Positions 58,102 to 64,000 of a stretch of DNA of 64,000 nt are shown here, piece by piece; positions within the stretch are counted from its first letter, which is position 1, and every line of letters begins with the position of its first letter. The DNA comes from Candidatus Cloacimonadales bacterium (GTDB lineage: Bacteria > Cloacimonadota > Cloacimonadia > Cloacimonadales > JAIOQZ01). The notes beneath the pieces are model-generated. The model had not been told where the DNA came from and searched no databases. It was given only the letters and a program-made list of their open reading frames with translations. The stretch spans positions 1,280,001 through 1,344,000 of the forward strand of contig OY762463.1 in assembly GCA_963665815.1 (NCBI GenBank), read 5' to 3'. A program made the translations under genes and the position numbers.

Positions 58102-58401
58102 ATGACGGATATTAGTGTATCTCATGTTACTCAAAACAGTATGGTTCAGAACAGAGTACAAAGGCAAAGTCAGACAAGGTCCTCCAATGGAGGAAATGTT
58201 GACTTTGGAAACGATTATAATGTAGATATCGGGTCAAACTCTTCTGAGTATAAAACCTATAATTCAAAAGCAGAATTTGGCGCTGCGGTTGTTTCCAGAA
58301 CCCTGGATATGATGAATAGTAAACCTTCATCCGGATTTGGAAATGCTCAGCAAGCCAGTTATCAGTTTAATAAAGAAGTACTGGGAGCTTATATGAGTTA
58401 A
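58102..58401 (+). CDS. Small hypothetical protein (Ser/Gln/Asn-rich)
   Basis: AAAGGAG RBS and own promoter; ordered C-terminus FGAAVVSRTLDMMN...YQFNKEVL. Confidence 0.7.
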   Translation: MTDISVSHVTQNSMVQNRVQRQSQTRSSNGGNVDFGNDYNVDIGSNSSEYKTYNSKAEFGAAVVSRTLDMMNSKPSSGFGNAQQASYQFNKEVLGAYMS

Positions 58402-58846
58402 TTCTCCTTAAGCTCTTTGTATTGATCAAACCAGCCGCAGGTCCGCTCACTTGCGGCTATTTTTTCTTCTATAAATAATTTTGCAGGTTGTAGGTGAAGT
58501 ATGAAGACTTCAAAAAAAATGACAATCTCCATAATAAGCTCATTAGTACTGTTCTGCTTATACAGACTTGGACTGGTTAAAGTTGAAATTAAGAAATTCA
58601 TGTCTATAGACTGACATCGCTTGAGTAGAACATCGGACGTTTAAAGTCTATACATTAAAACTGTTTCTATTTTACATAATTTGCACCAATCAAATGATTT
58701 ATGATCGATCAACTACTCCTATAATGCAAAGGTCTCTTGTGGAAAGAACTCTTTGTATTCTCATCCCATATGAATCCATCAAATCTTAAGACAAATTCCA
58801 GTCAGTGTACTCTTAAAAGTATACAATTCATAAGTTGCAATCATAT

Positions 58847-58881
58847 AAAAAAGACCTGCAAACATAGTCTGCAGGTCTTTT
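58847..58881. terminator. Intrinsic terminator after the C25 peptidase gene
   Basis: aaaagacctgca / tgcaggtctttt 12-bp stem with A/T tracts on both sides. Confidence 0.85.
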
Positions 58882-58900
58882 CAATATTGTCAGGTATTCT

Positions 58901-61900
58901 TTACTTAAGAAGTACCATTTTTCTTACTTGAGTTTCTTCGCCTGTATTAAGTTTATAGAAATAAATACCGGATGAAACGTCTTTTCCACTGTTATCTTTA
59001 CCATTCCACATTACTGAATGATTTCCAGCACTCATAATTTCACTCTTAAGAGTTTTAACTTTCTGTCCATTGATGTTGTATACAGCAAGTTCAACTCGTG
59101 AGTTATTCTTGATTGAGAAAGAAATCTTTGTTGTTGGATTGAATGGATTAGGATAGTTCTGACCAAGCATAGTTACATGCTCAGGAACATCTTCGTTACC
59201 ATTGCCAACTATACCATCAGGATTTACTGTTGAGAATTTAATTGCAAGTCCAGCCTGTAATGGAGCTGCAGTTGGATCATAATAACCGGCATAATGATAT
59301 TGCAGAGCTTCAGTATGCTCCATGTTCTCAATACCGATTGTACAATAGTTACCAAGCACATCAGGGTTATCAATATTCTTGTATTGGAATGTGATATCAC
59401 CATCTACAGGTGTTCCGTTTTCGGTTCTTGGTTCAAGAATAATTTCGAATTTTTCCTGAGATTCTCTGTTATCAAAGTTCCAGGCTGTATCCCATTGGAT
59501 AATTACTCTATTTTCAGCAGTATCATGATAGATGAATATATCAAGATTCTCTTCTTCCACAGCATCTATTGGACGACCACCAAGGTCATCCCAATATGGA
59601 GCAATCATTGCACCAGGTCCAAGATAAGCTGGTAATTCCCAGTTACGGAAGTTTGCCATCCAGGTTTCTCTGAAAGAAATCCAACCATTTGAACAAACTG
59701 TCATGGAGTTGTATGTTTCACCATAGAACATGAAATCTATTGGTAAATTAACAATTTCTGAATCATCATCGGTAAGAGATACAACTTGTACATTTGTATA
59801 CGAAGAACTGTCAGGATCAATCTCAATCCAGTTATATACCGGTGCTTGAGCATAATCTGTATCAGTATTATCATAAGCGTAATAACCATGTTCATCCGGG
59901 CCTGTTGGAGATGAAGCAGATATTTCACCAATTCTTACATAACCATAACGTCTGAATGTTCTTCCAACGCTGTCAGTGAAATCAAATACTAATCTTGCTC
60001 TACGACCATTGAATGCTGCAGTATTAGCTGTGACATTTACAGTTGCTGTTCCAGTAGAATCATTCAGGATATCACCAATTGTAATATTTGCTGAATTAAC
60101 TGTAAGAGCTGTTGAAGAAGTAATTACATCAGCTTGAAGTCCTGTAATATCAATTGTACTTATATTATGTACATCAAATACTACGTCAGCAGTCTCGCCT
60201 GCATCAAGGATTTCATCATCGTTATCGACAATAACACTTGGCATCTCAAGGTATAAACCTGTAACATAACCTTCAAGTTTTGATTGACTTCCATTTGAGA
60301 AATCAACAGTGAAAATGATTGGTTCGAAATTAGGACAAGATGCATCAATATCGAAATCACCGTTTGCAGTTACTTCGGAACCTACAGTAATATCACCGAA
60401 TGTGAATGTAGCTCTACCTGTATCACTGAAGTATGGTGAATCAGATGTAAGAGTAGCAGTTAATCCTGTAATATCTGCACTGCCAAAGTTTCCAACTGTA
60501 AGACTTAAGTTAGCAGTTTCACCTGCAATAAAGTTATCGAATACAGATTCTGTAATTCCTACTTTTTCGCCGGACTGAATAGAAATTTCAGTCATGTATG
60601 GTTCATAACCAGGAGCTGAAACAGTAATAAATACTGAAGAACCGGTTGTTGTGTCTATTGGAAGTAAAATAGATCCATTATTTGCTTCAGCATATGTGAA
60701 GTTTTCATAATCATTAGTAGCTGTAGCTATTGCACCTTCTATGTTACTTACATCAAGTTGAACATAATCAGTACCTTCTGCAAAACTTGTTTCTGTTACA
60801 AGATTTCCGAAAGTATTTGGGATCAATTTCCACATTCTGAGTGTAGGATCTGATAATAAGTTGTATACATGGAAGTAGAATTCTACTTTTCCACCAGAAT
60901 ATCTTTCATTAGGGAAACCCCTGTGAAGTTCAGTTTTACCTCTGAGAAATGATGTTCCAAGATCATATGAATCTTCTTCAAGAACACTTGTATAGAATCC
61001 TGCGCAAATTGCATTATTGAGCTCTGTACTTGTGTGAAGATCGGAAGGACCAAAGAAACCAACTGCACCGAAAGCATTTGAAAATCCCTGATGTTGAAGC
61101 ATCCATTCTTCACCAAAGCATTTATTGTTATTTCCGCCATTCTGGAAGTCACCAGTATTACATACAATTGAACTTACAATTGGTAATCCCTGTGAATTTC
61201 CTACATAACTGGCTGCATTAAGATCAAGCTGATAAATTTTAAATGATGGGTGGTGCCATCCGGTTGCATCTCCCCAACCTCTGTAACTGATGAACTGAGC
61301 ACCATTATTAATAGAGTTTACTATTGGAGTTGTTCCCGGATCATAAACACCGTCATAGTAGAAAAAAGTATCTACGTTTGTATATCCATAATCAATCAGC
61401 TCCTCCTGAACCCATTTTGATGTCAGCACAGGAGTAACCGGCATTACAGGGGCACCTGAAGCATAGTTACCTGCAACAACCACTGAGTTTTCATAGCATC
61501 CGTTTCCGTTTTGAGCAGCGTAAATATCGTTCTTTTCGTATTTCATAGTTTTGAATACAAGCACATCAAGGTCTGATGCACTCTGACATGAAAATCGTCC
61601 GATTATCATTTCAGGCATTACATCGTTTCCTTCAAGTTGAGTATACTCAATATCAGAAGCATCACTTTCTGCACTGTACTGATTTGTTTCCAGTGCAAAT
61701 AAACCTATAACATCACCAACGAGCAATACAAATTCCGGTTTCACTTCAGAATTATGGTATACTGAAGAAACATAGTTTTTAATACTTGCAGTAGAGTTAC
61801 TTGGAAGATCAATTCCAACTCTGGCAACAGTAACATCAAAACCAAGTGCTTTCTTCCACATAACGAATGGAGCAATAGAATCATCAAAATAAGTATTATC

Positions 61901-62437
61901 ATGCCCAATTATAAGAAGCTTTCTTCTTTGGTTAGGGATTTCATAAAGATATGATGTTCTGAAGTTATCTGCTAAATGAGCATAAAGAGGTCTGAAAGCT
62001 GAAGACATTGTTTGAGGTAAATCAATTGAACCTTCAAACTCAAGATCAACATCCATCTCTCTCAATACAACAGTGTTTCCATTGTTGAGTTTACGTGAAA
62101 TTGTAAAATCAACATCAGCACCTCTCATTTCTCTCATAAAAAAATAATCTGATACTCTTACAAATCCTTCAGAGCTGTCAGTTCTTTCATTAACAAGCTT
62201 ACCTTCAGCATTATAAACATCAAATGAGGCTGACTTGATTGATGGATTAATGCTTTTTGCAGGAATTGCAAATGTTTTATACTCAATATGGTCTTCATCA
62301 AGCATAGACTGAACATCTGCTTTTGTGTTATCAATATTAACATGAATACCGCTTGCCGATTCACTGATATTAAACTGAGTCTCAGCAAACAGTGTAAACG
62401 TCAAAAGTATCATTATAATTAAAGTTAGTTTTCTCAT
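58901..62437 (-). CDS. Secreted C25 (gingipain-family) peptidase-like protein with FlgD-Ig/T9SS-type CTD
   Basis: Signal peptide; WKK..G, VLLVGD, IIGRFS, SYRGWG, IVCNTG, YNLLSDP; Ig-like repeats; NYPNPFNP...SGIYFYKL...KMVLLK. Confidence 0.9.
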   Translation of the reverse strand: MRKLTLIIMILLTFTLFAETQFNISESASGIHVNIDNTKADVQSMLDEDHIEYKTFAIPAKSINPSIKSASFDVYNAEGKLVNERTDSSEGFVRVSDYFFMREMRGADVDFTISRKLNNGNTVVLREMDVDLEFEGSIDLPQTMSSAFRPLYAHLADNFRTSYLYEIPNQRRKLLIIGHDNTYFDDSIAPFVMWKKALGFDVTVARVGIDLPSNSTASIKNYVSSVYHNSEVKPEFVLLVGDVIGLFALETNQYSAESDASDIEYTQLEGNDVMPEMIIGRFSCQSASDLDVLVFKTMKYEKNDIYAAQNGNGCYENSVVVAGNYASGAPVMPVTPVLTSKWVQEELIDYGYTNVDTFFYYDGVYDPGTTPIVNSINNGAQFISYRGWGDATGWHHPSFKIYQLDLNAASYVGNSQGLPIVSSIVCNTGDFQNGGNNNKCFGEEWMLQHQGFSNAFGAVGFFGPSDLHTSTELNNAICAGFYTSVLEEDSYDLGTSFLRGKTELHRGFPNERYSGGKVEFYFHVYNLLSDPTLRMWKLIPNTFGNLVTETSFAEGTDYVQLDVSNIEGAIATATNDYENFTYAEANNGSILLPIDTTTGSSVFITVSAPGYEPYMTEISIQSGEKVGITESVFDNFIAGETANLSLTVGNFGSADITGLTATLTSDSPYFSDTGRATFTFGDITVGSEVTANGDFDIDASCPNFEPIIFTVDFSNGSQSKLEGYVTGLYLEMPSVIVDNDDEILDAGETADVVFDVHNISTIDITGLQADVITSSTALTVNSANITIGDILNDSTGTATVNVTANTAAFNGRRARLVFDFTDSVGRTFRRYGYVRIGEISASSPTGPDEHGYYAYDNTDTDYAQAPVYNWIEIDPDSSSYTNVQVVSLTDDDSEIVNLPIDFMFYGETYNSMTVCSNGWISFRETWMANFRNWELPAYLGPGAMIAPYWDDLGGRPIDAVEEENLDIFIYHDTAENRVIIQWDTAWNFDNRESQEKFEIILEPRTENGTPVDGDITFQYKNIDNPDVLGNYCTIGIENMEHTEALQYHYAGYYDPTAAPLQAGLAIKFSTVNPDGIVGNGNEDVPEHVTMLGQNYPNPFNPTTKISFSIKNNSRVELAVYNINGQKVKTLKSEIMSAGNHSVMWNGKDNSGKDVSSGIYFYKLNTGEETQVRKMVLLK

Positions 62438-62448
62438 AAAACCTCCAA

Positions 62449-64000
62449 CTATTTTAAAAGTATCGCTTTTCTGGTTTCAATATTTCTACCATTAACCATT
62501 AGACGATAAAGATATACTCCGCTTGCATGTTTATCTGCATTCCAGGTTTTTGTTCCACTCTGGATATCGGAGTTGTTAAGTTCCAATGTCTCTATTTTTT
62601 CACCTTTTATATTATATATTCCGATTGATGCTTTTTTAACATTCTTTTCTTTAATGCTGAATGCAAAGTTTGTTTCCGGATTAAAAGGATTTGGATAATT
62701 CTGATTAAGTGTATTTACATATGCAGGAACAAAATCATCTTCTACATTAAGAATTGATGAATTACCACTGACAATTTTTACTTTGTCTATAGTCCAGCCC
62801 GTATCACAGAGTCTGTGTTCTCTGTTAGCAATCTCACCAGATTCTGATTGATCTGTTAATCTGAACCTCATAAAGTAGTTTCCGCTATATGTATCAGGAA
62901 TTGGGACATAAACATCATTCCATGTATCATGTTTTCCGGAAATACTGTATATCGCTTCCCAGTTTGATCCGTCTGAAGATAACTCTACAGTACAGAAATC
63001 AAATTCAGGTTCAGTATAAACATGAGAGCTGAAGCATAAGATATTGCTTGCAGCTGAAAGATCTATAGCAGATACGGTTGTAATATCAACATCACAATTG
63101 GGAGCGTAAAAACCATCTCCGTCATCATGGCTATCTGTTACTGCCATTCCCTCTACAGCATTATCAACCAGTTCCCATGGACCGTTAACAGTCCATTGAG
63201 TAAGGTCAGTATTAAACATATCACTGAAAACAATATTCTCGGTATCAAGTTCAATTTCCATGTTTTTTGTAATAGAAACTGATGTAGAATCCCAATCTCT
63301 AATATTCAGTGTACCAACATAAGGATAATATCCATCTGCTCTGATTACCATGTCATAGATTCCTTCATAAGAATCAAAACTGAATGTTCCATTAGTAACA
63401 GCAATCGTATCATTATATACACCGCTAATAATTATTTCACCATCTATCGGAGTTCCTGATGACTCAAGAGTACCTGCAACAACAGCAGGTTTAGCCGGTT
63501 CAAGAGCTACTCTTACGGTTTTGTAGTTTGAGTTAACTGTTGCCGAAACCTGTTGAGTTTTATAACCCTCTTTACAAACTTCAATTGTGTAAGTACCTGA
63601 TGAAATAGGACGCCAGTGAATACCGTGAGGTAATCTTGTTTTTCTTGGAGTGAAATACGGTGAGTGTTTCTCAATGATTTTAACTTCAGCAATTAGAGGT
63701 TCATCTGTTTCACTGTCAGTTACTATTACTTTCAGCATTTCATGTGAAATTTCTTCAGTTTCAGTAGCTGGAGTAAAATTAAGAGCTTTGTTGATTAACC
63801 AGCGATTTCCTACAAGACAATTTTCAACATCAGTATACAGCTCTGTTGAATCAGGTTGATTCAATGCAGTTTCAATTGTCAGTTGAATTGTTCCATATTC
63901 TGCATAGAACCACTGAGTAGACTTACCAACTCTACCCTGAGAACCAGATGGCTGATAACTTGGAAGCTCACCTGACAGGTCAACAATTTTATGTGCCACT
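62449..64000 (-). CDS. M14 carboxypeptidase C-terminal part with carboxypeptidase-regulatory-like domains, a jelly-roll domain and FlgD-Ig CTD; partial, starts beyond the right edge
   Basis: GKS..WFY..YGT..LTIE (M14 end), [33 protein letters not shown]. Confidence 0.8.
   Translation of the reverse strand, partial: VAHKIVDLSGELPSYQPSGSQGRVGKSTQWFYAEYGTIQLTIETALNQPDSTELYTDVENCLVGNRWLINKALNFTPATETEEISHEMLKVIVTDSETDEPLIAEVKIIEKHSPYFTPRKTRLPHGIHWRPISSGTYTIEVCKEGYKTQQVSATVNSNYKTVRVALEPAKPAVVAGTLESSGTPIDGEIIISGVYNDTIAVTNGTFSFDSYEGIYDMVIRADGYYPYVGTLNIRDWDSTSVSITKNMEIELDTENIVFSDMFNTDLTQWTVNGPWELVDNAVEGMAVTDSHDDGDGFYAPNCDVDITTVSAIDLSAASNILCFSSHVYTEPEFDFCTVELSSDGSNWEAIYSISGKHDTWNDVYVPIPDTYSGNYFMRFRLTDQSESGEIANREHRLCDTGWTIDKVKIVSGNSSILNVEDDFVPAYVNTLNQNYPNPFNPETNFAFSIKEKNVKKASIGIYNIKGEKIETLELNNSDIQSGTKTWNADKHASGVYLYRLMVNGRNIETRKAILLK

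Noticed and set aside
58398-58931. Short ORFs 58398-58601 (-) and 58737-58931 (+)
   Set aside because: No RBS or motifs, and the second overlaps a terminator. They could be a decayed gene remnant but I cannot support that.
1357-63859. Many 60-150 aa ORFs antisense to or nested in long genes
   Set aside because: Shadow ORFs of well-supported CDSs with no motifs or RBS.

Overview
AT-rich bacterial chromosomal window made mostly of core genes. It is probably from the FCB group, most like Candidatus Cloacimonadota (inferred from three secreted proteins ending in NYPNPFNP/FlgD-Ig sorting domains plus C25 and M14 peptidases). Left part: secreted Ig-like and beta-helix proteins, amrS, an MFS transporter, recF-dnaN-hup without dnaA or gyrB, a TerB/FHA-like fused ABC transporter, rlpA, a DUF559 nuclease, nfu, a pilin-like gene and a PHP hydrolase. 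Centre: the dcw cluster (mraZ to ftsZ) with a MurE-MurF fusion and an extra small Cys/His protein. Right part: gcvH-gmk-(rpoZ-like)-udg, a GIY-YIG pseudogene, signalling genes (REC-PAS-HisKA, HD-GYP, a 1829-aa Ser/Thr kinase-ATPase-TPR-GAF-His kinase, a CHASE2 cyclase with SH3-M48), SRAP, ttcA, TetR, CHAP, an S24 repressor, suhB and secreted peptidases. I saw no rRNA, tRNA, CRISPR array or intact transposase. The most unusual signal is non-coding, at 13.98-16.25 kb. A lone DUF559 (Vsr-like) nuclease gene is bracketed by three copies of a structured REP-like palindrome. Nearby, a ~185-nt multi-hairpin element with terminal inverted repeats is present in one copy of a tandem duplication and absent from the other. 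All product calls come from motif recognition by eye; no searches were run.
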